From Stellaceae bacterium (GTDB lineage: Bacteria; Pseudomonadota; Alphaproteobacteria; ATCC43930; CGMCC-115725): DNA of 60,056 bases. The position numbers were made by a program, and so were the translations under genes. The notes beneath the pieces were generated by a model, which searched no databases, was not told where the DNA came from, and was given only the letters and a program-made list of their open reading frames with translations. Positions 1 through 7,071 of this stretch are shown here, piece by piece (position 1 is the stretch's first letter; each line of letters starts with the position of its first letter). The stretch covers positions 1-60,056 of the forward strand of contig DATKHX010000117.1 of the NCBI GenBank assembly GCA_035510075.1. Direction: 5' to 3'.

Positions 1-141
1 GGCATCGTCGGCGACGAGGATGTCGCGACCCTGAAGGCGCTGGCGGCGACGGGGCCGAGCCCCGACGACTTCGCGGCGATCGCCGCCTGCCTGCGCGCTG
101 TCGGGTTTACCCGGATGCGCTGGGCGCGGCACCGCCCCGAC
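1..141. repeat. Terminal direct repeat, left copy (identical to 59916..60056)
   Basis: Read directly: ggcatcgtcggcgacgaggatgtcg...gcgcggcaccgccccgac occurs at both window ends. Confidence 0.95.
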
Positions 142-195
142 GGCCGCGTCATGGTCAAGGTGTTCAACACCGCCCGGCGCGAGGCCCGGCCGTGA
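1..195 (+). CDS. 3' part of a junction-spanning hypothetical gene (continuation of 59823..60056)
   Basis: Frame 1 is open from position 1 (GIVGDEDVATLKAL...) to TGA at 193-195. It is in phase with the ORF that starts at GTG 59823. Confidence 0.6.
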   Translation, partial: GIVGDEDVATLKALAATGPSPDDFAAIAACLRAVGFTRMRWARHRPDGRVMVKVFNTARREARP

Positions 196-506
196 GCGCC
201 GAGGCCGTGCGCAAATGCGCATGCTGCCATACGGTGCTGCAACGCGGCGAGGGCGAGAGCCCAAAGGCGTTCTTCAACCGCCGGACCTGCGGCGCCGAGC
301 GCTGCATAACCGAGCTGCGCCGCAAGGTCGCCGCCAACCACGCAGCACCCCGGCTCGCGGCCCCCGCCGGCGAATGGCCGGCCGAGATGGCGACGGCCAA
401 GCCCTTTGCCGACGACGTGCCGCGGCGCCGCTACGGGCCGGCGCGCCTGGCCGGCCCGGCCTCGCTCGCCGGCGGGTGCTCGTCGTCAAGCGGATGGGGG
501 CTGTGA
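192..506 (+). CDS. Hypothetical small Cys-containing protein
   Basis: 104-aa ORF. GTG start overlaps the upstream stop (GTGA). Contains CACCH...CGAERC, a possible zinc ribbon. Confidence 0.55.
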   Translation: MSAEAVRKCACCHTVLQRGEGESPKAFFNRRTCGAERCITELRRKVAANHAAPRLAAPAGEWPAEMATAKPFADDVPRRRYGPARLAGPASLAGGCSSSSGWGL

Positions 507-907
507 TGCGATGCGAACGCTGTCACGGCCGCGGCCAGATATCGGCCAGGACCACGAGTTTGCGCGTGCGGAGCGGCAAATGCGCGACGGTGCGCGGTCA
601 GCTTCCCTGCCCCGACTGCGGCGGCTCGGGGATCGCGCATTGCTGCGAAGGCGACCAGGCGCAGCCCGCGGCGACAGAAAAGACGATCGAGGCGCCGCGA
701 TGCGAGTGTCCCGATGACGTGGTGGGCCCGCCGATAATACCGGAGCTTTACGATTCCGTAACCGAGCTGCCCTTCGTCGTGCACCGGGTCGGCGAATGCC
801 AGTGCACGCACCGCCTCCGTCGCTATCGGCGCGGCGACAAAACCCTGTGGCTGTGCTCGTGCTGCCATTTGCTCGGCGACGAGCCGGTCGCGGAGGGCGC
901 GCCATGA
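506..907 (+). CDS. Zinc-finger protein with two DnaJ-type CxxCxGxG motifs
   Basis: ATG overlaps the upstream TGA by 1 nt. Motifs CERCHGRG and CPDCGGSG plus further Cys pairs. The longer 215 start is a shadow over the 192..506 gene. Confidence 0.6.
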   Translation: MRCERCHGRGQISARTTSLRVRSGKCATVRGQLPCPDCGGSGIAHCCEGDQAQPAATEKTIEAPRCECPDDVVGPPIIPELYDSVTELPFVVHRVGECQCTHRLRRYRRGDKTLWLCSCCHLLGDEPVAEGAP

Positions 908-944
908 TCCACCATCAGCTACACGGCTGCACGCAGGCGCCCCC

Positions 945-1646
945 GTGAAGATCATCGATTGCGAACAGGGAAGCGCGGCATGGCTCCGCGCTCGTTTAGG
1001 CATCCCGACCGCCTCGCAATTTCACCGCATCGTGACGCCGGCGAAATGGCAGCTCTCGAAGCAGGCGCGCGGCTACGCCTTTCGGCTCGCCGCCGAATTG
1101 CTGCTCAACCAGGTCACCGAGTCGATCGAGGGTATCGAGTGGATGGAGCGCGGCCAGGAGCTCGAGCCCGCGGCCCTGCGCATGTACGAGTTCGAGCAAG
1201 AGGTCGCGACGGCCGCGGTCGGCTTTCTGACGACCGACGACGGGCGAGTCGGCGCGACGCCCGATCGGCTCATTGTCGGAAAGCCCGCGGCGCTGGAGCT
1301 GAAATGCCCGGCCCCATGGACGCACCTGCAATACCTGATCGACGGGTTCGGCCCCGACTACCTGCCGCAGGCGCAAGGGCAGATCTTCGTCGGCGAGTTC
1401 GACTTCGTCGTGCGCTATTCGTATCACCCGGCGATGCCTCCGGTGCTGGCGCGCACTTTCCGCGACGACGCGCAGCAAAAGATGCTCGGCCAGGCCCTCG
1501 CCGATTTCCTCGACATGCGCGACGAGATTTTGGAACGCGCCCGCCGCCACGGCCTCTTCGCCGAGCGCCGCCGCCTCGCGACTGCGATCGACGGCCTCGC
1601 CGATGGCGCCGATCTCGGGCCGCTGCTGCCGGGAGAGATGGCGTGA
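945..1646 (+). CDS. YqaJ-like / lambda-Exo-type recombination exonuclease
   Basis: 233 aa. N-terminal QGSAAWLRARLGIPTASQF and ELKCP motifs are typical of YqaJ viral recombinase-associated PD-(D/E)XK exonucleases. Lies in the same operon as the ERF gene. Confidence 0.85.
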   Translation: MKIIDCEQGSAAWLRARLGIPTASQFHRIVTPAKWQLSKQARGYAFRLAAELLLNQVTESIEGIEWMERGQELEPAALRMYEFEQEVATAAVGFLTTDDGRVGATPDRLIVGKPAALELKCPAPWTHLQYLIDGFGPDYLPQAQGQIFVGEFDFVVRYSYHPAMPPVLARTFRDDAQQKMLGQALADFLDMRDEILERARRHGLFAERRRLATAIDGLADGADLGPLLPGEMA

Positions 1647-2011
1647 GCCGGACCTATAAGCGCTCGGCCGAGGTGCGCGCCCGCATGTCGGCCGCCAGCA
1701 AGGCGGCGTGGGCCGATCCCGAGGTGCGCGCCCGCATGTCGGCCGCCAGCAAGGCGGCGTTGGCCGATCCCGAGGTGCGCGCCCGCATGTCGGCCGCCCG
1801 CAAGGCGGCGTTGGCCGATCCCGAGGTGCGCGCCCGCATGTCGGCCGCCCGCAAGGCGGCGTTGGCCGCAAAAAACGTTGACTTGCGCGGGCTCACCCCG
1901 GCGCAGCTCCAGGTCTACAAAACGCTTCGCCGCAAGGGCTGCACTCGAGATGAGGCATTGCACGAGGCTCGCAGGCCGCCGCGACAGCCCATCGCCGAGG
2001 CCGCGGAATGA
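1643..2011 (+). CDS. NUMOD3-like repeat DNA-binding protein without a nuclease domain
   Basis: GTG overlaps the YqaJ stop (GTGA). Four tandem 17-aa units EVRARMSAA(S/R)KAA(W/L)ADP resemble the NUMOD3 motifs of homing endonucleases. Confidence 0.6.
   Translation: MSRTYKRSAEVRARMSAASKAAWADPEVRARMSAASKAALADPEVRARMSAARKAALADPEVRARMSAARKAALAAKNVDLRGLTPAQLQVYKTLRRKGCTRDEALHEARRPPRQPIAEAAE
1670..1866 (+). repeat. In-frame 51-bp tandem repeat, ~3.9 copies
   Basis: Units start at 1670, 1721, 1772 and 1823 (gaggtgcgcgcccgcatgtcggccgcc...). Only a few substitutions between units. Confidence 0.9.
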
Positions 2012-2226
2012 CCGACTCCGCTGCCCAGATCGCCTGCGTCAAGCGCGAGATCGCGCTGCGCGAGCGCGTCTATCCGAAGTGGGTTGCCGGCGGCCGGATG
2101 AAGCAGGAGGCGGCCGATCGCGAGCTGACCACAATGCGCGCCGTGCTGGCGACGATGCTGGCGGTCGACGAGTGGATGGTGTCAGGCCGCGGCAAGACTC
2201 TGGCGCAATGCGCGAGGGGCGGGTGA
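2008..2226 (+). CDS. Hypothetical protein
   Basis: 72-aa ORF. ATG overlaps the upstream stop (ATGA). The composition looks like real protein rather than Arg-rich shadow. Confidence 0.6.
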   Translation: MTDSAAQIACVKREIALRERVYPKWVAGGRMKQEAADRELTTMRAVLATMLAVDEWMVSGRGKTLAQCARGG

Positions 2227-2816
2227 TGGTCGAATATCGCTCGCTCGACGAGGTGACCGAGTTTCCGCTGTGCTGGCCGGAGGGCAAGCCGCGCGCGGCC
2301 GAGCGCCAGCGCTCGCCGTTTCGGACTTCGCTGGCGAAGGCGCACAAGGAAATAGCCGAGGAAATGCAGCGCTGGGGTGCGCGCGGCCATGTGATCTCGA
2401 TGGCGCCGGCCTATCGTCAAGGCCGGATCGATCCCGCCGTTGCGGTGTGGTGGGCGATGCCTCGGAGCGCCGCCGGCTCCGACTTGCGCGTGCTGGCCTG
2501 CGACAGCTATGGCGAGCGGGCGGACAATTTGCACGCGATTGCGCTGACCTTAACCGGGCTACGGGCCTTTGAACGCTACGGCACCTACACCCGCGAGCAG
2601 GCGGTCGAAGGAGCGCGCCCGATGCTCCCGCCGCCGGCCAGCAGCGAGCCGCCGTGGTGGCAGGTGATCGGCGTCGAGCGCGACTGGCCGTTGGCCGCCA
2701 TCGAGGCGGTGTGGCGCACCAAGCTCGAAAAGGCGCACCCCGACCGCGGCGGTGATCCCGGCGCCGCCGCGCGGCTCAATGAGGCGATGGATCAGGCGCG
2801 CAAGGAGCGCGGGTGA
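2226..2816 (+). CDS. J-domain (DnaJ-like) co-chaperone protein
   Basis: C-terminal WWQVIGV...LEKAHPDRGGD...LNEAMDQA is a J domain with the HPD motif. ATG overlaps the upstream TGA. Confidence 0.75.
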   Translation: MVEYRSLDEVTEFPLCWPEGKPRAAERQRSPFRTSLAKAHKEIAEEMQRWGARGHVISMAPAYRQGRIDPAVAVWWAMPRSAAGSDLRVLACDSYGERADNLHAIALTLTGLRAFERYGTYTREQAVEGARPMLPPPASSEPPWWQVIGVERDWPLAAIEAVWRTKLEKAHPDRGGDPGAAARLNEAMDQARKERG

Positions 2817-3004
2817 TGGCGCTAAGCTGGCAGGTCGATCGGGGTTGGCAGCGCGCCTATTCGGGCTCCATGCTGAGCGTCAGCGGGCAGTATTACTTGC
2901 GGGACCGCCCCTATGCTTCGATCGCCGGAGCAAAGAGGGCAGCGGCGAGAGCCTGGCATAAATTTCTGCGGGATGCCTGGTTGCGCGTGGCCGGCGATGC
3001 CTGA
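2813..3004 (+). CDS. Hypothetical protein
   Basis: 63-aa ORF coupled to the upstream gene by an ATGA overlap. Confidence 0.5.
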   Translation: MMALSWQVDRGWQRAYSGSMLSVSGQYYLRDRPYASIAGAKRAAARAWHKFLRDAWLRVAGDA

Positions 3005-3299
3005 TCGCGGCCACGTCAGCAGCGCGTCGCTGGCGCGCGCCACGGGGCTCTCGCGCCGCTGGTTTACCGCGATGGCGGCGGCGGGCAAGATACCGGGCGC
3101 CTACCAGCCAGCGGGCGAAGGCGGGGCGTGGCGCTTTGACGAAGCGCTGTTCTGGCGATGGTGGGATGGACAGAGGACGAAAGAATGGCGGGCCTCTATC
3201 AGCGCGGCGGGGTCTGGTGGGGACGTGTCCAGCGTAAAGGCCGTGATCTCCGCCGGTCCCTTAAGACAACGGCTAAAGAAGTTGCGCGCCGGCGCCTGA
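2997..3299 (+). CDS. Excisionase/AlpA-like helix-turn-helix protein
   Basis: MPDRGHVSSASLARATGLSRRWFTAMAAAGKIPGAYQ... is HTH-like. Lies immediately upstream of and overlapping the integrase gene. The C-terminal extent is uncertain. Confidence 0.55.
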   Translation: MPDRGHVSSASLARATGLSRRWFTAMAAAGKIPGAYQPAGEGGAWRFDEALFWRWWDGQRTKEWRASISAAGSGGDVSSVKAVISAGPLRQRLKKLRAGA

Positions 3300-4345
3300 G
3301 GTCCTGGCTCGAAGAACTGGACCGCGTCGCCTTTGGTGAGCGCCCTCGCCGCACCTTCGACGATCTCGGGGTTCGGTTTATCGACGAGCATCTGCCCCGG
3401 CTAAAGCCAAGCAGCGCCAAACGCTACGCCGTCTCGCTTGACGCGCTGACCGATGGCTTCGAGGGCCTTTACCTCGACCAAATCACCAGCGCCAAGCTCA
3501 GTGAATTCGAGACCGGGCGAAGGCGCGAGGGCGTGCGTATCCCCGAGGGGATGAGAGGCAAGCGGCGCCCGAAGGCAATATCGGCCGGCGGCATACGCCG
3601 CGACTTCGCCTGTCTATCGAGCATGTTTGGGTTCGCGATTGAGCTCGAATGGTGCGATTTCAACCCGGTGGCGGGCTATCTCAAGCGGGCAAAGAAGCGC
3701 GGGCTGCGCGAGGCGGCGCCGCGCCGGCGGTATCTGTCGATCGAGGAAGAAGCAAAGCTGCTTGCGGCGGCGGCCGATCGTCACGGATCGCAGGACCTTG
3801 CCGACGCGATCGCCATCGCCATCGATACCGGGTTGCGGCGGGGGGAACAATTCACGCTGCGCCGGGGTCGATTGGCCGCTTCTGGCCCGGTTCTCCGCCT
3901 CGACAAAAACGCGATCGAAGTCAGCGAGGACACCAGCAAGAACAGCCGCGCCCGCGAGGTGCCGCTGTTGCCCCGGACGCGCGCGATCCTGGCACAAAAG
4001 CCGGCGCAGCTACGCTCGGATTATGTGTTGATCAACGGCGACACCGGCGAGCGCTACAAGGCGATGAACAAGGGCCTCGCCGGCGCCGCAAGGCGCGCCA
4101 AGATCCCGCCGCTGACCTGGCACGATCTGCGCCGAACCTGCGGCTGTCGGCTGTTGCAAGAGCACGGCATGAGCATGGAGAAAGTCGGCCGGTGGCTCGG
4201 GCATTCGTCGGTCCTGGTGACCGAGCAGATTTACGCGTTTTTGGAAAATGAGCACCTGCAGGCGGCGGTCACCGGCACAAAACCCGGCACAGGGACAGCG
4301 GATAGCGGCCCAAAAGCCAAGGAAAGCCGCCCCTTTCGGTGCTAG
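3185..4345 (+). CDS. int: Tyrosine recombinase / phage integrase
   Basis: C-terminal HDLRRTCGCRLL...GHSSVLVTEQIYAFL carries the R-H-R-Y catalytic signature. Start chosen at MAGLYQRGGVWWGRV. attP follows directly. Confidence 0.9.
   Translation: MAGLYQRGGVWWGRVQRKGRDLRRSLKTTAKEVARRRLRSWLEELDRVAFGERPRRTFDDLGVRFIDEHLPRLKPSSAKRYAVSLDALTDGFEGLYLDQITSAKLSEFETGRRREGVRIPEGMRGKRRPKAISAGGIRRDFACLSSMFGFAIELEWCDFNPVAGYLKRAKKRGLREAAPRRRYLSIEEEAKLLAAAADRHGSQDLADAIAIAIDTGLRRGEQFTLRRGRLAASGPVLRLDKNAIEVSEDTSKNSRAREVPLLPRTRAILAQKPAQLRSDYVLINGDTGERYKAMNKGLAGAARRAKIPPLTWHDLRRTCGCRLLQEHGMSMEKVGRWLGHSSVLVTEQIYAFLENEHLQAAVTGTKPGTGTADSGPKAKESRPFRC
4272..4292 (+). promoter_or_regulatory. Candidate integrase arm-type site (P arm)
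   Basis: ccggcacaaaacccggcacag is repeated almost exactly at 4472..4491, on the other side of the tRNA-like core. Confidence 0.4.
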
Positions 4346-4350
4346 GCCGC

Positions 4351-4398
4351 GGGACTCTGACTCCGCCAGTCTAGGTTCGAATCCTAGTCCCCCAGCCA
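4351..4398 (+). other. attP core: 3' portion of a tRNA-Gln(CUG)-like sequence (anticodon loop to CCA end)
   Basis: gggaCTCTGACtccgc...ctaggTTCGAATcctag tccccca g cca. T-arm and acceptor 3' strand resemble bacterial tRNA-Gln. No matching 5' acceptor strand lies upstream. Confidence 0.7.
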
Positions 4399-4471
4399 AC
4401 CAACGCCGCAGTCTTCCTGAGGTTTTTCGCATGAAGCGGCGCGGCAGGATCGGCAAAGGGGGTGCCGGCGT

Positions 4472-4491
4472 CCGCACAGAACCCGGCACAG
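4472..4491 (+). promoter_or_regulatory. Candidate integrase arm-type site (P' arm)
   Basis: ccgcacagaacccggcacag is a near-identical direct repeat of 4272..4292. Confidence 0.4.
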
Positions 4492-4651
4492 TCGGAAACG
4501 CCGCTGCCGCGTCTGCGAGCGACGTGAGCGCCCGCGACGCGAACGCGCGCGGCCGGCTGGCACGGGGCCGGCACGGCGGTTGCCGAGGCGTTCGCCGCCC
4601 CGCCACCCTCGCTCCCGCCCCAAAAAAGCTGCGTAAAGCCGCATTTTCTGC

Positions 4652-4680
4652 TTGCATACGATGCTGCAAAATCCTACATT
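4652..4680 (+). promoter_or_regulatory. Sigma70-like promoter TTGCAT-N17-TACATT
   Basis: Hexamers at 4652-4657 and 4675-4680 with a 17-nt spacer. Followed by a GGAG RBS and the ATG at 4706. Confidence 0.5.
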
Positions 4681-4705
4681 ACGAGTGTCAGACGGGAGCA
4701 CGGAA

Positions 4706-5038
4706 ATGCAGATCAACGGCCAGGAAGTCACAAAGGACGGCCTCAACATCAAGATCGATGGGCGCCCTCTCTACCTCGGCCGGGACGGGGTTTCGGTGGT
4801 CGACTCAACCTCCACCGTGATCGTGACGCTGGCCGCCGGGCAAGTCGCCGCACTTCGGGCGGAAGAGGCCGCGATCCGGGCAGCCCGGCAAGCAGCTCCC
4901 AAGAGCTGGGCCGGAGCACGGGGCGCTCGGCCGAACGCATCGCGGGTCTCGAAAGAGCGCGCATACGACCGCGGCTATAACGAGGGCGGCGAAGGCTATA
5001 ACCCGTACCGCCACGGCTCGGCAAAGAGCTACAGGTAG
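4706..5038 (+). CDS. Hypothetical protein (attP-adjacent accessory gene)
   Basis: MQINGQEVTKDG... is preceded by GGAG. Has its own promoter-like sequence. C-terminus is RAYDRGYNEGGEGYNPY. Confidence 0.6.
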   Translation: MQINGQEVTKDGLNIKIDGRPLYLGRDGVSVVDSTSTVIVTLAAGQVAALRAEEAAIRAARQAAPKSWAGARGARPNASRVSKERAYDRGYNEGGEGYNPYRHGSAKSYR

Positions 5039-5059
5039 AGTGCAGAAGGGAGAGCGCAG

Positions 5060-5464
5060 ATGAGCGCAACACGTCCAGACGATCACCCCGATCTGGGGCC
5101 GCGTGTGCAAGTCGTGACCGACGCAGGCACCTACGGATGTTGGGCATCGACGGCCCACCCGATGAGCAGCTACGGCCTACCTGTTCTGATCCGCCCGACA
5201 CCAGCTAGGAATGGCGCAGCAACCGAGGCGGCATGGGATGTGGCCTATCGTCCCGGCGATTTCCTGGCGATGGTCAATCGCGACTGCCGCCCAGGGCGCG
5301 AGGTCGCGGCAATCAAGCATGCCGTCGTGCTTTGGGGCGGGGCCGAGATGCAGCGCGCCTTGGCCGCGGCGGGATATCAGACGCTTGCCAACTGCCCGAG
5401 CGATCTGCGGGCCGAGGTGCTGGCAGCCTACCCCGGCGCTGATTACGACATGATCCATGGGTAG
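5060..5464 (+). CDS. Hypothetical protein
   Basis: 134-aa ORF with a GAAGGGAGAG RBS upstream of the ATG. Confidence 0.65.
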   Translation: MSATRPDDHPDLGPRVQVVTDAGTYGCWASTAHPMSSYGLPVLIRPTPARNGAATEAAWDVAYRPGDFLAMVNRDCRPGREVAAIKHAVVLWGGAEMQRALAAAGYQTLANCPSDLRAEVLAAYPGADYDMIHG

Positions 5465-5473
5465 CATCGGGCG

Positions 5474-5502
5474 CGCTCCCCGCTCACCAGGAGCGGGGAG
5501 CG
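5474..5502 (+). terminator. Strong GC hairpin (12-bp stem) downstream of the 5060..5464 gene
   Basis: cgctccccgctc-accag-gagcggggagcg forms a perfect stem. There is no clear U-tract. Confidence 0.45.
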
Positions 5503-5591
5503 ATCGGAACCCGCACATCCCCGTGCGTAGCAATGTTTCTATCCGCGCCAAGCAAGCCCGGCGACCGGACGATGCTACCGTTATTCCCGCG

Positions 5592-5768
5592 ATGCGTCCA
5601 GACGAGCTTCGGTCGCTGCGCAAGCGCCTCGGATTGACCCAGGCGCAGCTCGCCGAGGCGCTCGATATGAGCCGCGACCAGATCGTGCGCTTCGAGGGCG
5701 GCCGGTCGCCGATCCCGCGCGTCGTCGCGCTCGCGGCCGCCAGCCTGGCGGCGTCGCCGCCGCATTGA
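5592..5768 (+). CDS. XRE-family helix-turn-helix protein
   Basis: MRPDELRSLRKRLGLTQAQLAEALDMSRDQIVRFEGG is a classic Cro/C1-type HTH. Confidence 0.7.
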   Translation: MRPDELRSLRKRLGLTQAQLAEALDMSRDQIVRFEGGRSPIPRVVALAAASLAASPPH

Positions 5769-5842
5769 AGGTATCGGCTAGGAGCGATCGGCGCCGGCAT
5801 GGTAAACCCTCGCGCGGGGGTGCGAGGCGCAGGAGTAGGGCA

Positions 5843-6244
5843 ATGGCGGGAATTATCGAATTGCTGCGCGGCTGCCGGGCGAAGCTCGAGGCCGCGACCA
5901 AGGGTGCGATCGGCGAGGCGCCGGGGCACATCGCGGCGGCGAGGAAGCTTATCGACGACGCCGAGGCGCTGATCGGCGTGCCGCGCACGACAGGGGCCGC
6001 TTCGGCGGCGGCGAAGCCCGGCATCGTCGATGTGCTGCGCCGGCACAATGCGACCGGCATCAGGCGCGAGGCGCTGATCAAGGCGCTGGGCTGGCCGCCG
6101 GGGCTGGTCGCGGCCAACCTGAACCGGCTGGCGAGGACCGGGCGGGTGACCGTCGAGGCCGGGCTGTACCGCGCGGTGGAGATCCCGGCGCCGGTCGCGA
6201 GGACGGCGAAGGCGGCAGCGCCGGCGGAGTCCGTCGCGGCCTGA
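5843..6244 (+). CDS. Hypothetical protein with a winged-helix-like C-terminal segment
   Basis: AGGAG RBS upstream. GIRREALIKALGWPPGLVAANLNRLARTGRV resembles a wHTH. Confidence 0.6.
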   Translation: MAGIIELLRGCRAKLEAATKGAIGEAPGHIAAARKLIDDAEALIGVPRTTGAASAAAKPGIVDVLRRHNATGIRREALIKALGWPPGLVAANLNRLARTGRVTVEAGLYRAVEIPAPVARTAKAAAPAESVAA

Positions 6245-6439
6245 TCAGCGCCCGAAGAGGCTGACGAGCCCGACCGCGGCGAGCAGCAGGATCGCGAGGG
6301 CGGCCCCGTCGCGCAGCACGCGGCCGAGGCCGCGAATCACCACGATCGCCATCGCCAGCCGCACCGCACTTGCGCCGCGGGTGCTCTCGCGCCCGGGGAA
6401 GTCGAGGATCTCGGCGCTGTCGCCGGGCTCGTCGCGCAT
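6245..6439 (-). CDS. Small membrane protein (last gene of the late/lysis strand)
   Basis: 64 aa with hydrophobic stretches AMAIVVIRGLG and LAILLLAAVGLVSLF. Abuts the convergent plus-strand gene. Confidence 0.5.
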   Translation of the reverse strand: MRDEPGDSAEILDFPGRESTRGASAVRLAMAIVVIRGLGRVLRDGAALAILLLAAVGLVSLFGR

Positions 6440-6486
6440 TGCATCGTCCTCGATTCGTTCCGGGGTAAGGCGCCGTCTCGGCTTGG

Positions 6487-6603
6487 TTAAAATTTGGCGT
6501 GCATCAGGACCGCGCCGACGACCGCGAGCAGCAGCGCGCCGGCCGCACTAAGGATCACGTGGCGGTCGGTCCGGCCGCGCATGTCGGAAGCGAGCGTCGT
6601 CAC
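6487..6603 (-). CDS. Possible 31-38-aa single-TM peptide
   Basis: Hand-translated (V)TTLASDMRGRTDRHVILSAAGALLLAVVGAVLMHAKF*. Lies directly after the holin-like gene and is not in the ORF track (<60 aa). Confidence 0.3.
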   Translation of the reverse strand: MTTLASDMRGRTDRHVILSAAGALLLAVVGAVLMHAKF

Positions 6604-6607
6604 GACA

Positions 6608-6811
6608 TCACGGCGTAGGGGCCGGCCGCGGCCCGATCATCCGGCCGATGACCGCGGTCGGGTTCATCAAAAACGCAGCCAGCATGATCGCGGCGTTGAC
6701 CGCGTCCTTGAGCCACGGCGCTGCCCATGACGGAACGTCGGGCTCGAAATTGACCGCGACGATGACGAGCCCTATCAGCACCATCACGGCGAGGTGCAAC
6801 ACCTTGTCCAT
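6608..6811 (-). CDS. Holin-like two-TM protein
   Basis: MDKVLHLAVMVLIGLVIVAVNF...AVNAAIMLAAFLMNPTAVIG shows two hydrophobic helices. Lies immediately downstream of the spanin pair. Confidence 0.55.
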   Translation of the reverse strand: MDKVLHLAVMVLIGLVIVAVNFEPDVPSWAAPWLKDAVNAAIMLAAFLMNPTAVIGRMIGPRPAPTP

Positions 6812-6813
6812 TT

Positions 6814-7071
6814 TCAGGGCCCCGCCGGCGGCGCCGGCGGCGCGGCAACGCTCTCGGTTGCATCGTGGCGCACCTCCTGGTCGCGCATCTCGGTCAGGCG
6901 CCGGAGCAGGCGATCGACCAGGCGGTTGATTTCGGCGCGGCCAGCGTGATGCGGCGGCAAGGGCGCCCTCGCCTCTGGCGGTTCGGGGGCTGCCGGTGGC
7001 AAGGGCACCGCACCCGACGGGCTGCAGCCCGAGAGTGCTGCCGCCAATGCCGCGACAAGCACGTATTTCAT
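6814..7071 (-). CDS. o-spanin (Rz1-like outer-membrane lipoprotein)
   Basis: MKYVLVAALAAALSG/C is a canonical lipobox. The mature part is Pro-rich. ATG overlaps the i-spanin stop (ATGA). Confidence 0.7.
   Translation of the reverse strand: MKYVLVAALAAALSGCSPSGAVPLPPAAPEPPEARAPLPPHHAGRAEINRLVDRLLRRLTEMRDQEVRHDATESVAAPPAPPAGP

Noticed and set aside
215-505. The long 230-aa version of the zinc-finger ORF starting at 215, and likewise 3158 as the integrase start.
   Set aside because: The upstream extensions are Arg/Pro-rich and overlap better-supported neighbouring genes. The internal starts (506 and 3185) give start-stop coupling or canonical family N-termini.
1670-1866. Possible CRISPR-like or satellite array, because of regular ~50-bp repeats.
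   Set aside because: The units are directly adjacent with no spacers. They are in frame and encode a repeated protein motif, and no cas genes are present.
4351-4398. A functional tRNA-Gln gene carried by the phage.
   Set aside because: Only the anticodon loop, T-arm and 3' acceptor strand are present. No complementary 5' acceptor strand or D-arm lies upstream (that sequence is the int 3' end). The fragment fits an attP core instead.
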